Positions 9,854-23,060 of a DNA stretch of 64,000 nucleotides are shown piece by piece; position 1 is the first letter of the stretch; every line of letters starts with the position of its first letter. The notes under the pieces were generated by a model that saw only the letters and a list, made by a program, of their open reading frames with translations, made no database searches and was not told the origin of the DNA. The position numbers and the translations under genes were made by a program. This DNA comes from Rebecca billardiae RCC1528 (Eukaryota > Protista > Haptophyta): NCBI GenBank assembly GCA_965240325.2, contig OZ251241.1, forward strand, positions 1,364,001 through 1,428,000, read 5' to 3'.

Positions 9854-12800
9854 TCACGCGTAGTGATCTTCCCTGTCAGCCGCGGCGGTCGCCGCCGCCG
9901 CGGCAGCATCGCTCTCCATCGACGCGAAGTTGAGGAAGTGCGATGGGCGGTGGATCTGGTGGTAGAACTCCTGCGCTCGCGCGGCGCGGGCGGCGGCGCG
10001 CGGCGCGCGCGCGTGAGCACGGCGCGGCGCGCGCGGGGCGCGGCCGTGCGCGCGCGGCCCTCCGCACCTTTGGGTTTGCCAGCTTGAGCTCGTACTTCAT
10101 GCTCGCCGAGTGCCGCACGCCCATGAAGTTGTAGTTCCACGCGTCGTTGTCGGGCACCATGAAGAAGCCGAGGAAGCGGTCCGAGAGCAGCAGCTGCACC
10201 TTGTCGTAGTGCGTGGGCAGGTAGCCGTGCGGGTTCGCCGCGCTGTCGCGGTTCTGCCGCCCCCACTCGTACCCGGACGGCGTGAGCTTGTACGCGGCCA
10301 GGCTGACCGAGCCCGGCGTGAACGACGTGGTGATCACGATGGTGCGCTCGCCGTCCCACGAGCGGTTGTCCGCCATGATGCGCGCGTGCATGCTCACGTC
10401 GGTGGGCGAGAGCTGCGGCAGCTCGTTGGGCTGCGTGTGCAGCCAGCCGAGCGGCTCCATGCCCTGCGCACGCCGACGGGGGCGCGGCGCGGCGCGGCGC
10501 GGCGCGGGGCGAGCGTGCGGCCGTGAGCGGCGCGCGCGGCGGGTGGCGCCACGGCCTGCGGCGTCAGCGGCGCCGGCGGCGCCGGCGCTGGTGCTGCGCG
10601 GCGCGCGCGCGCACCTTGAGGTACTCGTGCTCGGGCAGCGCGTTCGGCACGTGCACCTGCTGGTGCGTGCCCCACTGCGGCACGAGCACGATGCCGCGCA
10701 CCTCCTTCACCTGCGGGTTGTCTGGCGGCGACACGCCGTACATGTAGCCCATCACCTGCGTGCGCAGGTCGGCGATGCACACGAACTTCTTGAGCACGTT
10801 CTTGGGCAGCACGTACGTGTACCCGCTCTCGATGCAGTCCTCGGACGAGACGTAGATGTTCGCGGTGCGCAGGTGCAGGTTGGACGCGGAGATGGCGCGC
10901 ACGCGCCAGTCCGTCTTGGACGAGTACGCCTGCTGCTCGTACTGCGACGTCGTCGTCACCACCAGCTCCTGGAAGCGGCGCGCGCGCGGTGCGCGCGGCG
11001 TGCGGCGCGTGCGCGGATCAGTGCAGCGCGTCGCGCCACGCCGCGCGCCGCGCAGCACCAGCACCAGCACCGCGCGGCGCGGCGGCGCGCGTGCGCGTGC
11101 GCGTGCTTCTGCGCGCTGCGTGCGCGCACCTCGCCGTGCACGTTGGTCGTCTTGGTGGTGGTGGCGTTGAGCTGGCTCGCCTGCTTGGACTGCTCCTCGA
11201 TCTCGGCGATCTCCTGGCGCTGCTGCGACGGCGGCGCGATCTCCATGCCGAGGATGATGTCGCGGATCTCCGACTGCGTGAGCGAGGCGACGTTGACGTT
11301 GTTCTTCTTGCCGTAGTCGGAGAGGATCAGGTCCTTGAGCGCGACCTCGAGCGTGATCCACTCGTCGTCGGAGAGCGAGGGCCAGATGTGGTGCGGCTGC
11401 GTGACGGTGTCCTTGTCCGGCTTCATCAGCACCTTGGTCCGCTCGTTGTCCACGTGCAGCGCGCGCAGGATCAGGATCAGCCTCGAGAAGGCCGTGTACG
11501 ACGAGATGGAGCGCAGCCAGTCGTCGTAGATGTTGAAGAGCACCATCTGCGGCTGCGTCGCCTTCAGGATCAGGTCGCCGAACTTCTCGATCTTGAGGCA
11601 CGCCTGGAAGGGGAGCTGCAGCTCGGAGCCCTTGATCACGATGTTCGGGAAGTCGAGCAGGTGCACCTCGAGCGGGTCGAGCATGCCCTTGCGCGTCGTG
11701 ATGATCTGCTTTGGCTGCTCCTCGATCGGCAGCGAGCGGATGAGCGCGGCCACCTCCTCGGCCGTCTTCCACTTGGCGAGCTGGCCGAGCCGCTTCTGCC
11801 CCGCCCACACCGACGTGTGGATGATCTTGAGGAAGAGCTGGCCCGTGCGCGGGTTGAAGATGAAGATCGCGCCGTTGATCGGCTTCGTCGTCAGGTTGCC
11901 TGCGGGCGCGCGGCGCGGCGCGCGAGCGCGTGCGCGCGCGGCGGCGCGGCGGTCGGTCGGTCGGGCGCGCGGGCGCGCGGGCGGCGGCAGGCGTCGCGCG
12001 CGCGCGCGCGCGAGGGCCGGGCGCGCCGCGCGGCGCGCCCGCGGCCACGGCCGCGCGCACCCTCGAACGTCTTGTGGATCGTCACGCGGTACACGTTCGT
12101 GTCGTCGACGAACCAGATGATCTGGTTTGAGAAGAGCTCGCCGTAGTTTTGCGACGAGAGGTACGGCTCTGTCGGCTCGGACGAGTAGAGCTGCAGCCCC
12201 TTGCGGATGCGCTCGCGCAGCACGTACAGCGCGGGGTTGGCCTTCATGATCTTGGCGAGCGCCTGCGTCGCGAGCGTCTTCATCCCGGGCACCCAGTGCC
12301 CGTACGCCGTGTGCAGGTTGTACGCGAGGTCGAGGCCGACCATCATGCCGGTGGGCGCCGGGTAGATGGACATGTTGTCGGTCGTGTAGTCGAGGAACTT
12401 GGCGCGCGTGTACCGCTCGATGTCGTGCGAGTCGTAGTCGCCCCAGCGGAGCTGCACGTCGATCCAGTACTTGTTCGTCATCGCGCCGTCGAACAGGTCC
12501 TTCTGCTCCGCGAGCAGCGACGGCTTGGACACCTGCCACTTGTACGCGGCGAAGAGCAGCACGTCCGCGCACGACGAGTTCATCTTGTACGACTTGCGCG
12601 GGTGGATCGTCTCCTTCTGCACGGTCTCGATCTCGAGCGCGTCGAGCTCGGCGTCGAAGACCTGGCAGAGGTCCATCACGATCGACTCGTGCACCTTCTG
12701 CCACAGGTGCGCGCGGAAGATCTGGATCAGCGAGATCTTGAGCGTGGGGATCTTGCCGTGCATGAAGATGCCCGTCAGGTCGAGCTGCACCTGGAAGCCG

Positions 12801-12893
12801 ACGTACACGTTCGCGCGGTTGATCGTCGGCGACCACCACAGCGTGAAGCGGCGGTTGGGGATCTGGTTGAGGCCGGAGCGCTGCGCGTTGGTC

Positions 12894-12925
<32 letters not shown>

Positions 12926-15900
12926 CGACGCCTTCTCCCAGAACAGCCCCTCCCACGTGGGGAAGTAGGTGCCCTTGAAGAGCGTGTGCTCGAGGATGCC
13001 CTCGACGCCGCCGAGCGACTGGATCATGTCGGTGCGGTAGTTGTTCAGGTTCCACAGCTTGCCGTCGTGGCGCTGGTGCGTCCACCAGAACGTGTTCGAG
13101 CGCATCAGCTGGTACTGCTTGAAGTCCTGCCGGATGCGCCAGCCCTTGTCGTACGCGAGCGTGTGCCGGTCCTTCTGGAAGAGCGTGTTGATGCGCGGGA
13201 TGCCGCGGTCCCACGAGTCCTCGAGGTCCTCGAGCGTGAGCCGCCGGTTCTGCGCGTTGGCCTCCTGCTTCTTGAGCGCGTACTCCGCCCACACGCGCTG
13301 CGAGTCGATGAACTCCGACTCCCACGGCTGGATGTACCGGTACAGGTTGGGGATGAGCTGGTCCTCCTCGTGCGACATGCCCGAGCGGAAGTGCGTGATG
13401 CCCGCGTCCGTCTGCTTCGAGAAGCGCAGGTCGGACTGCGGGATGAGCACGTGGCCCATCGAGAGCATGCCCAGCCCGCCGATCTCCTTCGGCGTGTAGA
13501 ACACCACCGGCGGGAAGCGCGACGGCATCTTCGAGTTGAGCCCGATCTTGATCCGCGTCTGGATCTTGTTCTCGCACTTGACGAGCATGTCGAGCAGCTC
13601 CTGCGTGTGCACGGTCGCCTCGCGGAAGTACGTCATCAGCCCGATGAGCGCGGTGTTCCACTTGTTCGCGATCTTGGTGAAGGTGGTCGAGCCCGACGCC
13701 ATCAGCACCTGCCGCACCCGGTTCTCGAACTGGCGCAGCGCCGTGTCGTCCACGCGCAGGAAGGCCTGCGCCGTGCGCTCCTTGGTCGCGTCGTTCTGCA
13801 GCGACCACACGCCGTCGCGCGACGCAAACTCCTCGTTGTGCGCGCGCACCTTGGGCAGGATGCGGCACTCGAAGCCGCACATGTTGAAGAGGAGGTTGGG
13901 GTTGTCCTTCGAGTACACCGAGACGAACGACTCGTCCCACTCCACCGTCGTCACCGAGCGCGGCAGCCGGTTCTGGATGTCCCAGAAGACGGCGCGGCCG
14001 AGGTTGACGTCGTGCTTCATCAGCCGCATGCGCGCGTCGCGCGGCCAGCACTTGCGGTTGTTGTACCCGACCATGTTCTCGTTGTTCGGGTCGGGGTGCT
14101 CGGTGAGGTAGCGCTGGATCAGGTCCTTCGCCTCGTCCGCGCTGAAGCGGAACACGATGTGCAGCTTGTTGATGTACCGCGTGTACAGCCGGATCGGGTG
14201 GCGCGTCTCGGTCGCGACGTCGGCGAACGAGAGGTAGTCGTTCGGCACGGCGGCGGTGCCGGCGAGCTCGGACGCGCGCGTGAGGCCGAGCGTGAGCAGG
14301 TCGAGCACGAGGCCGTAGTACTGGACGATGAAGGACGCGAACTGCAGCCCGCGCACGAGGCCGTACGAGTTGGTGTGGTTCATGTCCTTGAACGTGATCG
14401 TGACGTTGTTCTTGGCGGTCATGTAGTCGGCGATGTTGTGGTCGACGATCAGCCGGAGCAGCCGGTTGAGCAGCGTCAGGTCGATCTTCTCGAACATCTT
14501 CTCGAACTGCGACTCGACCATGACGACGCACTCGCCGCCCGACGTGTCCCACACGTCGGTCAGGTTGTTCAGCCCGAGCGCCCACTTGTACACGAGCAGC
14601 GGCGGCGGCTCGGTGTCGGCGGGCTTGATCCAGTTGGGCAGCAGCCGCCGCTTGTCCGCCTCGTACCACAGGTACTGGTCGAGGTACGAGTCGGTGATCT
14701 TCTCGAGGGGCTCGATGTCGTAGATCGGGACGAGGTGCGAGTACAGGTCCATGAACTCGATCCCCACCTCCTTGAACGCGCGCTGCGTGAGCAGGTGCCG
14801 CTTGATCCGGTTGAGCGCCTCGTGCGGGTTGTCGTACGCCTGCTCGATCAGGCCGAGCTCCTCGCGCTGCGTCTGGTTGAGCCGCGCCTGGATCGAGTAG
14901 TTCTCCTTGAGCCGCTCGAGGGCGAGGATGAGCAGCTTCGTGTCGTGCTTGTACGAGAGCGGCGGGAACGGGATCGGCGAGAACTTGCGCGACTCGAGCC
15001 AGTGCACCGCCGTCGTGTAGATCGCGACCGCCTCCTCCGCGCTCACGTACGGCCCGTCCTTGAGGTAGTTGTGCTGCCGCTCCTGCTCCGCCTTGAGCCA
15101 CAGCCGCGTCAGCCGGCCGAGGTTCTTCTTGGTGACGGTCTTGTCCACGGTCGCGCCGCGCCGGATGCGCTCGCGGTTGTAGTGCGCCACGTTCGTCCAC
15201 CAGTCCGCCTTCGACTTGACGTACCGCAGGATCATGTTCTCGACGGGCGCGGGCATGCCCGGCACCTTCCACGGGATGTTGGCCTTCCAGCAGCGCCACG
15301 CCTCTGAGAGGTGCTGCAGGATCGTGCGCGACTTGTTCGCCTTCACGCCCTCGGGCATCATGTCGAGGATGTCGTGGATCACCGCGGCGCGCAGCTCGAG
15401 GTCGAAGTGCGACTCGACGCGCTGCTTCGTCACCGACTTGGCCACGCCCTTGGACGAGCGCCCCTCGAACTGGCGCGCGAGCAGGTTGCCGAGCCAGCGT
15501 TCGAGCAGCGGCACGATGCCGCGCAAGAAGAAGAGCCACACGCGCCAGCCCGGCGCCCAGAAGCCGCAGCCGGGGCCCTTGCCCACCGGGCCCGAGTTGA
15601 AGCGGTAGTAGATGAGGTGCTTCAGGTCCTTGCACATCCGGATCTGGCGCATCAGCCGGTACTTGTACCGGTACATGCCCGTGAGCTGGCCGACGTGCGC
15701 GAAGATGTACTGCAGCCCGTCCGCGAGCTGGTACGCGTCCACGTTGCCCAGCCGGTACTGCACGTGCGAGTCGACGATCAGCTTCGTCAGCCGCAGGATC
15801 TCGCGGCACAGGTGGAAGGCGTTGCCGAAGCGCGACTTCTTCCGCTCCTTCGTCGTGAGCGTCTTCACCGGCTTCAGGTTGAAGTTGTAGTCGAGGTGCA

Positions 15901-17515
15901 GGTAGTTGACGTTCTTGCGGTGGATGAGCAGGTTGAGCATGTTGTACCCCTGCCGGCACACCTGCAGCCCCGCCTCCACCCAGTCGATCTGCGTCGACTG
16001 GAAGAACTTGGTCGAGCGCAGCGTGCGGAAGAGGTCCTTCTTGTTGAGCGACTTGGACGGCCGCTGGTGCAGCTGGTTGAGCACGTAGCACTTGAGCAGC
16101 TTCTGGTACGAGACGCGCACCTTGACCGGGTGGTGCGGCGGGCAGTGCTCCTGGAACCACGCGTTCACCAGCGGCACGTCCATCGCGCGCCGCGTCGCGC
16201 CCGAGCGCAGGTTGAAGGGCTTGGGCGCCCAGTACAGCGCGATCGCGCCCGCGGTCAGCTCGTTGTACAGCGGCATCTCCTCCAGCAACGGCGACGCGCC
16301 CTCCGGCAGCACCACGTCGAAGCCGTCGCCAAAGTCGTCGCCGACGCCCGTCCACGGCTCGTCGTCGTCGTCGCCCGCGCCCGCGCCCGCGCCCGCGCCG
16401 CCGCGGCCGCGGCCGCGGCCGTGGTCGCCGCCGTCGACGTCCATCGGCGCCGCGTCGCGCGAGGCCGCCGGGATCGGGTTGATGATCGGGTCGTAGTAGA
16501 ACGCGGGCAGGTCGGGGTCGTCCGACTTGACGAAGCAGCACGTCGGGTAGTGGTAGTGCGGGATGTGCACGTCGCGCGGGCGCGAGTTGTACAGGTACGG
16601 GAAGGCGATGCGGTACTCGGTGCGGAGCGGCTGCCGGATGATGATCTTGTTGATGTCGTTGAACTCGTTCCAGTCGTCGTCGTCCGCGTCGAGGTCGCGG
16701 TGGAGCGGCTCGAACTTGGGCCCGCCGGGGATCGCCATGTTCAGCGCCTTCGCCGTGAAGAACGACTTCATGTCGAACATGTAGAAGTAGTTGGCGTCGG
16801 TCAGGTCGGAGAGCAGCTGGCTCGCGAGCCGGTGCAGCGCGCTCATCGTCGGCAGCGGCAGCTGCCACCAGCGGTACGACGGGCCGTTGACGAAGCGCGT
16901 GTACTGCAGCGGCTTGTGGTCGTAGAACCAGTCGAGCACCGCCTCGTCCTCCTCCTCGTCGAGGTCGATCGCGATCGCCTCGAGCGGCTCGACGTCGAGC
17001 ACGTTGTCGCCGTAGTCGAGCGGCGGCTCCTCGTCGTCAAACGGCGGGAAGCGCATGCGCTTGAAGTGGCGGCGGTCGCGCTTCTCGCGGCGCATCATGA
17101 TCCACATCGTGCCCCACTGCGCGATGTACACCGGCTCGATCACCTTGGGCACCTCGTTCACGAACGTGATCGCGCCGGTGATGTGGTAGAGCACATCGAC
17201 CATCCGCACCTGCTCCCACGGCATCGGCATGTTCTCGAGCAGCTTGAAGATGGCGTGCGGGATGTACTTGAGCGCGCCGAGGTAGACGCGCTTGTCGTGC
17301 CGGAACTTCTTCGACGACATGTCGCCGTGGTCCTTGATGATCTTGCGCAGGTGCTCCGCGGGCATGTCCTCCTTCTGGTGCTCGCTGTACCCAAACTTGC
17401 GCTTCTCCGAGTAGCGCTTGGCGTTGAGCTGCACCCAGCGGCGCGCCTTGGCCTCGAGGTCCTCGGCCGACGGCCCCGCGCCGTGCGGTGCCGAGACCGA
17501 GGCGGCGGGCGCCAT
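9854..17515 (-). CDS. PRP8: Pre-mRNA-processing-splicing factor 8 (U5 snRNP)
   Basis: Near-invariant PRP8 sequence ([32 protein letters not shown]). Exons 17515-12061, 11899-11130, 10968-10615, 10463-10068, 9970-9854. Confidence 0.99.
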
Positions 17516-17724
17516 CGTCGCGGTCGGGCCGGGGGCGGTGAACTGCGGCGGTCGACGACGGCGCGGCGCGTCACGGAGCTCTCGCGATCACGATGGAAGC
17601 CCCTGGCGGGGGCGCACTCCTTTGCGTGGCGAGCTTGGGTCTCGGCTGCGCTCGAGAGGTCCGGGAACGCGCCCATCTGCACCGGACTCGCGTCACGTGG
17701 TGGCTCGCGTGGGCTCGCCTTGCC
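17516..17724. promoter_or_regulatory. Putative bidirectional promoter shared by PRP8 and RPS18
   Basis: Only 209 bp separate the divergent start codons. Confidence 0.6.
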
Positions 17725-18367
17725 ATGGTGCGCCACGGCGCCGGCGCCGCGTCGCCCGCCTGGCGGGCTGGGGTCGGGTGTTGGCCGTGCGAGCCTGCGC
17801 ACCGCACGAGCACCATGCCAGCGTGGCTCAGCGACGCCACCCCGCGCACGCGCACGCGCGCCCACCCGCGCCCGCCCGCCGCGCCCGCCTGCCGCTGCGC
17901 AGTCGTCGCTCGTCGTATCGGGCGCTGACTTCCAGCACATCCTGCGTGTGCTGAACACGAACATCGATGGCCGGCAGAAGGTCATGTTCGCGCTGACGCG
18001 CATCCGCGGCGTGGGCCGCCGCTTCGCGAACGTCGTGCTGAAGAAGGCGGAGGTCAGCCTCGAGAAGCGGGCAGGCGAGCTCTCGGCTGAGGAGGTCGAG
18101 CGGGTTGTGACCATCATCCAGAACCCGCGGCAGTTCAAGATTCCGGACTGGTTCCTCAACCGGAAGAAGGACAACAAGGACGGCAAGTTCTCGCAGGTGT
18201 GCGCGAACAACCTTGACCTCAAGCTCCGCGAGGATCTCGAGCGCCTCAAGAAGATCCGGGCGCACCGCGGCCTGCGCCACTACTGGGGCCTGCGCGTGCG
18301 CGGTCAGCACACCAAGACGACCGGCCGCAAAGGACGGACGGTCGGCGTGTCGAAGAAGAAGGGCTAA
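17725..18367 (+). CDS. RPS18: 40S ribosomal protein S18 (uS13)
   Basis: [14 protein letters not shown]...[24 protein letters not shown]. First coding exon is the ATG alone (17725-17727), intron 17728-17902, exon 17903-18367. Confidence 0.96.
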
Positions 18368-19372
18368 GCGGCACGTGGACGGCGGCGGGCGTGCCGTGTG
18401 CGCACGCCGCCACGCTGTGGTGGCTGCAGGCGGTCGTCATGTGGCGCGGCCAGCTGCCTGCGGTCGTAGGCTCTGGCGGAGCTGTTCCGGGACGCATGTC
18501 CGTGGCGCGCTGCGGCGGGAGCGCGGCGGAGCTCGCTGGGCACGTGCATCGTGTCGTGCGCGGAAGCGTCGCCTGACGGGCGCGCGATTGCGCTGGGCGC
18601 TGCCCTGCGAGTCCGTGGCGACGGCATCGTGCTCGGTGTGATCCTCCAAGGCGGGCTGCTTCAGCTAACGGCAGCTTGCTCCGCGCAGTTACGAACTCTG
18701 ATTCTGAAGCACGCTGCGCGGCTGGAACGAGAATGCATGATGATTATCACTGGCGTCGGAGCCTGTGATAGTCTCGATATGCGTCATATACGTCTCTGCT
18801 CGTCAAGTCGTGTCACTCAATCTGACGGCTGAGGCGATTACTCTGTTTCACTCTGTACTCCCATTATATTCATTATTTATTCTAATTACTAGTATCATCA
18901 TAATCTACTGCTACTGGCATTATAACTCTGACCAGCCTAGCCTCCAGTCGGCGGCGCCCGCCACACGCGCAATGACGCGCATCGCCATCGGAATTCGGAT
19001 CGGGCTCGGGGCCTTGCCCTTGGCTCGGGCCTCGATTGGCGTCGCGCACCGCGGCCCGAGGTCCGACGTGCCGCGGGCAGCCGTCGTTCCGCGCCCGCAT
19101 GCTCCGCAGCCGCGATCGCGCGCCCGGCCGGCAGTGCCGGGGCAGCCTGCGGTGCAAGACGGGGGAAGACGCTGCGCGCCGTGCGCGCCAACCGGTCGGC
19201 TTGGCCGGGGTCGGAAACGGACGGAAAGAACAACATGGGCCCGCGCCGCCGCGCGACTGAGTGCAGGCATCACGCGCCCATCGGCGGTGATCGCACACGA
19301 GTCGCACGCGCGGAGCAGCAGCTTGCGTCTTGGTCCAGCTCACGGCGAGCCGGGCCGTTGGGCCGGCGGCGG

Positions 19373-21044
19373 CTACGCCCCGGCCGGTGGCCGTCCGGCC
19401 TGGAGCCGCTCGACGGCGATGCCGATGAGGTGCTCGCACGCCTTGATGAGGGACGAGCAGTCCGTCTCGGTGATGCCGCGGAAGAGCTTGATCGCCTCCT
19501 GCGGGGGTCGGGGGATGAGCGCATCGGGGCGTGCGGGGAGGGGGGGGCGGGGCGGTGAGGGCGGGCGCCGCGCGCCGCGCCGCGCCGCGCCGGGCGTCGC
19601 CGCGCCGTCGCACATTGAGCGCGACGAGCGCGTCCTCGTCCGCGCCGCCGAGCAGCATGACCTCGCCGCACGCCTTGTACAGCACAGAGATGGTGTCTGC
19701 CTCCTTGGCCGCGAGCCCGAGCGCGCGCACGCGCTCGCCCGCGGCCCTGACGAGCGGCACGTACGGCGAGTAGGCCGCCTTGACGTCCACCTGGTTGAAG
19801 GCCGGGCCGTGCTTGAGCAGCGTGTCGTGCGTCGTCTTCACCTCCTCGACCAGCTCCCACACCGTGCGCGCGTGGAACGCGTCCTTGCGCACCTCGATGC
19901 CGAGCGCGCGCTTGAGGTGCTTCACCGCGTCGCCGTGCTCGCGCTGCGCGACGCGCACCTTGCCGAGCGCGCCGAGCGCGCCGGCGAGGAGCGGCGAGTC
20001 CTCGCCGACGGTGCGCTCGAACACCGCGACCGCCTCGCGCATGTGCTTCTCCGCCTCGCCCAGCTCGCCGAGGTGCTCGTGCGCGTGCCCGAGCGACATG
20101 TGCGCCTTGGCGACGAGCGAGGTCTCGACGTACGCGCCCGAGAGCCAGCACGCGTCCGTGTACAGCTCGAGCGCCTTCTCGAGGACGGGGAGCGCCTCGC
20201 GCGTGCGGCCGAGGCGGTCGCGGAGCAGCCCGAGGCCGAGGTACACGCCGCCCGAGTTCTTCGAGTGCACGCGCCCCGGCGGCAGCAGCTGCGTGGCGGT
20301 GGTGAAGTACTTCTCCGCCTCCTCGTACCGGCCGAGCGAGGAGCACACGTGCCCGATGTTCTCGCACAGCGGCGCGCTCGCGCCGAGGAGCTTCTCCTGC
20401 TCCTTGAAGAGCTCGAGCGCGTCCTTGAACTTGTACTGCTTGAACGCGCAGAACGCGCGCGACTGGATCGCCTTGAGCCACCACTTGCCCCGCACCTTGC
20501 GGCACACCTCAAAGTACTCGGCGAAGAGCTCGTCCATCCGGTTCAGGTGGTACTGCGCGACGTGCGCGTCGAGCAGCAGGAAGAGGACGCGCAGCGTGCG
20601 CTCGTCCTCCGGGCCGAACTTGGAGCGCGCGCGCTTGAGGCGCGTCTCCAGCTCCGCCGTCCGGTCCGCGAGCTCCTCGGGGTCCGACGGGCAGTCCTCG
20701 TCGCTCGCGCCGTGCCGGCCCTCGCCCGTCCAGTCCTGCCGCATGTCGTCGTCGCTGTCGTCAAAGTCGCTGCCGGCGTTGGCATCCTCGGCAGCACCGG
20801 CGGCGGCGCGGCGGCCGTGGAGTCCATCGCCATTCGCACCGTCCGCGGCCGCCGCGTGGACCCCTTGCGACGACCCACCGCCGGCGTCGCCGTCGGGGAT
20901 CGTGCTGAGATCAATCGTGGTGAACAGGTACGCGCGCGGCTTGCCGCTCGCGTCGACGAGGTCCTGCGCGGGGCTCACGTCCGCGCCCCGGCGGAAGAGG
21001 TCCTCGAGCGTCCATGTGCCTATCTTGCTCGCGATGTCGGTCAT
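19373..21044 (-). CDS. Tetratricopeptide-repeat protein (kinesin-light-chain/nephrocystin-3-like TPR array)
   Basis: Repeated TPR consensus (NIGHVCSSLGRYEEAEKYF, LGLLRDRLGRTREALPVLEKAL, LGHAHEHLGELGEAEKHMREA). Intron 19613-19499. Confidence 0.85.
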
Positions 21045-21343
21045 GTGCCGCTCGCCCCGAGCCGCACGCTTTCGCTTGCGACGTGCTCAGGTCGAATAAT
21101 GGCGTGGCCCGGCGAGCCGTGCTCTCCGCCGCTACACCGGCGACCTTCCGACCGACGGCGACGATGACGAAGCACCAGCCGCCCGCGGTTACTTACCCAC
21201 GGATGTGTACGAGACTACGAGTGTGATTTCGAACGATGTTGACGTTTCTCCGGCTGAGCTGGTAGTAGTAGGATTTAGTAGTACCGTAGGAATTGCTTTC
21301 GCTCCTGAAGACCTGAACTGCCTCAATCGTTCGTCGCCGCAGC

Positions 21344-22652
21344 ATGGCGGAGCGCGAGTCGGCGGCGACGGCAGGGCGCAAACGGGTGCTCATCGTGAAC
21401 ACGGGCGGGACGATGGGGATGAAGCCCACGCCCGAGGGCCTCGCACCCGCCGCCGGCTACCTCCAGGAGCGCATCTGCGTGATGGAGGAGTTCGGGCTGG
21501 CCGACATGCCGGTGTGCGACGTGCTCGACTTTGACCCGCTGCTCGACAGCGCCGACTTCTCGCCGGCCGAGTGGGTGGCTATCGCCGAGGTGATCGAGCG
21601 CGAGGTGCACTCGGCGTACGACGGATTCGTTGTCGTGATGGGCACGGACACGCTCGGTGCGGCCGCGACCGAGCCGCCGCCTGCGCCGTCGCGCGGCGCG
21701 CCGGGCGCGCGCGCCGCCGACACCCCCTGTGCTTCCCCGCCGCGCGCTGGCGCGTGGCGCAGCGTACTGCGCGTCGGCGCTGTCATTTATGCTGGAGAAC
21801 CTGCCCAAGCCCGTCGTGGTAACCGGCTCGCAGATCCCCCTCGCCGAGGCCTTCTCGGACGCGCGGCGCAACCTGGTCGTCGCGACGCAGTTTGCGGCGT
21901 GCCTGGGCGCGGGCCCGTTCCACAACGAGGTGCTCGTCTTCTTCGGCGAGACGCTGCTGCGCGGGTGCCGCGCGACGAAGCAGTCGGCGCTCGACCTGCG
22001 CGCGTTCGCCTCGCCCAACTACCCGCCCCTCGCCACGCTCGGCGTCACCATCGCGCTGCGGCTCGACCTCGCGCGCCCGCCCGCGCTCGGCCGGATGCGC
22101 GTGCACAAGCGGATGGACACGCGCGTCCTCGTCGTGCGGCTCGTGCCCGGCTTCGACGACGGCGCGCTGGAGCGGCTGGTGAAGGACGGGGACGCCGGGC
22201 TGCGCGCGCTCGTGCTCGAGTTCTACGGCGTGGGCTCCGCGCCGACGCGCCGCGCCGGGCTCGTGCGCTGCCTGCGGCTGTGCCAGCAGGCGCGCATCCT
22301 CGTCGTCGCGACGACACAGTGCGCAAAGGGCGCGGTCGTGCTCGGGCAGTACGCGGTGGGCGCGGAGCTCGTGCGCGCGGGCGCGCTCTCCGCGGGGGAC
22401 ATGACCACCGAGGCCGTGGCCACCAAGCTCGCGTACCTCTTCGGCCGCACGGACGACCCGGTGCGCGTGGCTGAGCTGCTGACGATCAACCTCCGCGGCG
22501 AGCTGACCGAGGTGCCGGCGCGCGGCGCGCACGCGGCGATGGCGGGCGACCCGTTCGGCGCGTCGCGCTCGCACGTCGGCTCGTTCGACGCGCGCATGCT
22601 CCCCGTCAGCCACGCCGCCGCCGCAGCGAGCGCGCCCCGCTCGCGCCTGTAG
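21344..22652 (+). CDS. Type I (cytosolic) L-asparaginase
   Basis: NTGGTMGM, LLDS, MGTDTLAY, KPVVVTGSQIP, FASPNYPPLA, DMTTEAVATKLAYL. Exons 21344-21656 and 21763-22652. Confidence 0.93.
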
Positions 22653-23060
22653 CAGCCGGCGGCCGCGACACTCTTGGAGGCTTCCGCCCGCCATGGATCA
22701 CCACTGTAAAGACGCGGAAGCCGCGCCCAAAATTCGTATCGAATTTTGGGGAGGCGCGCCGGTCATTCATCCTACTATCATATCAGCCCATGAATCATGT
22801 ACGTACGAGATGAATATGCGGGTAGGCGATGAATATGATCGAACCCGCACGAAATCTCGCGACGAGATGCCTCCATTCGTCAATATCACCTCTCAACGCC
22901 TCGCGCGGCCCCATCATTCTTTGGGGTGCCGAGAGCTCTCCAGCAGAGCAGCTCCTATCTCCTGCGCGAGGGGTGGCCACCACAGCAGGGCGGTGGCACT
23001 GGCAGTGCGCCCCGCTTGGTGTGCGCCGCCGCGCGCTGGTCCGCGGCGCCGAGCGCGGCC

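Noticed and set aside
12890-12965. Possible PRP8 intein
   Set aside because: The known insertion site is contiguous ([15 protein letters not shown]) and there is no extra domain.
10956-16868. 1970-aa and other very long alternative-frame or antisense ORFs over PRP8, HSP90, MCM4 and the coiled-coil genes
   Set aside because: They are shadows of extreme GC3 bias (stop codons are rare) and translate to R/A/G/P-rich sequence with no motifs.
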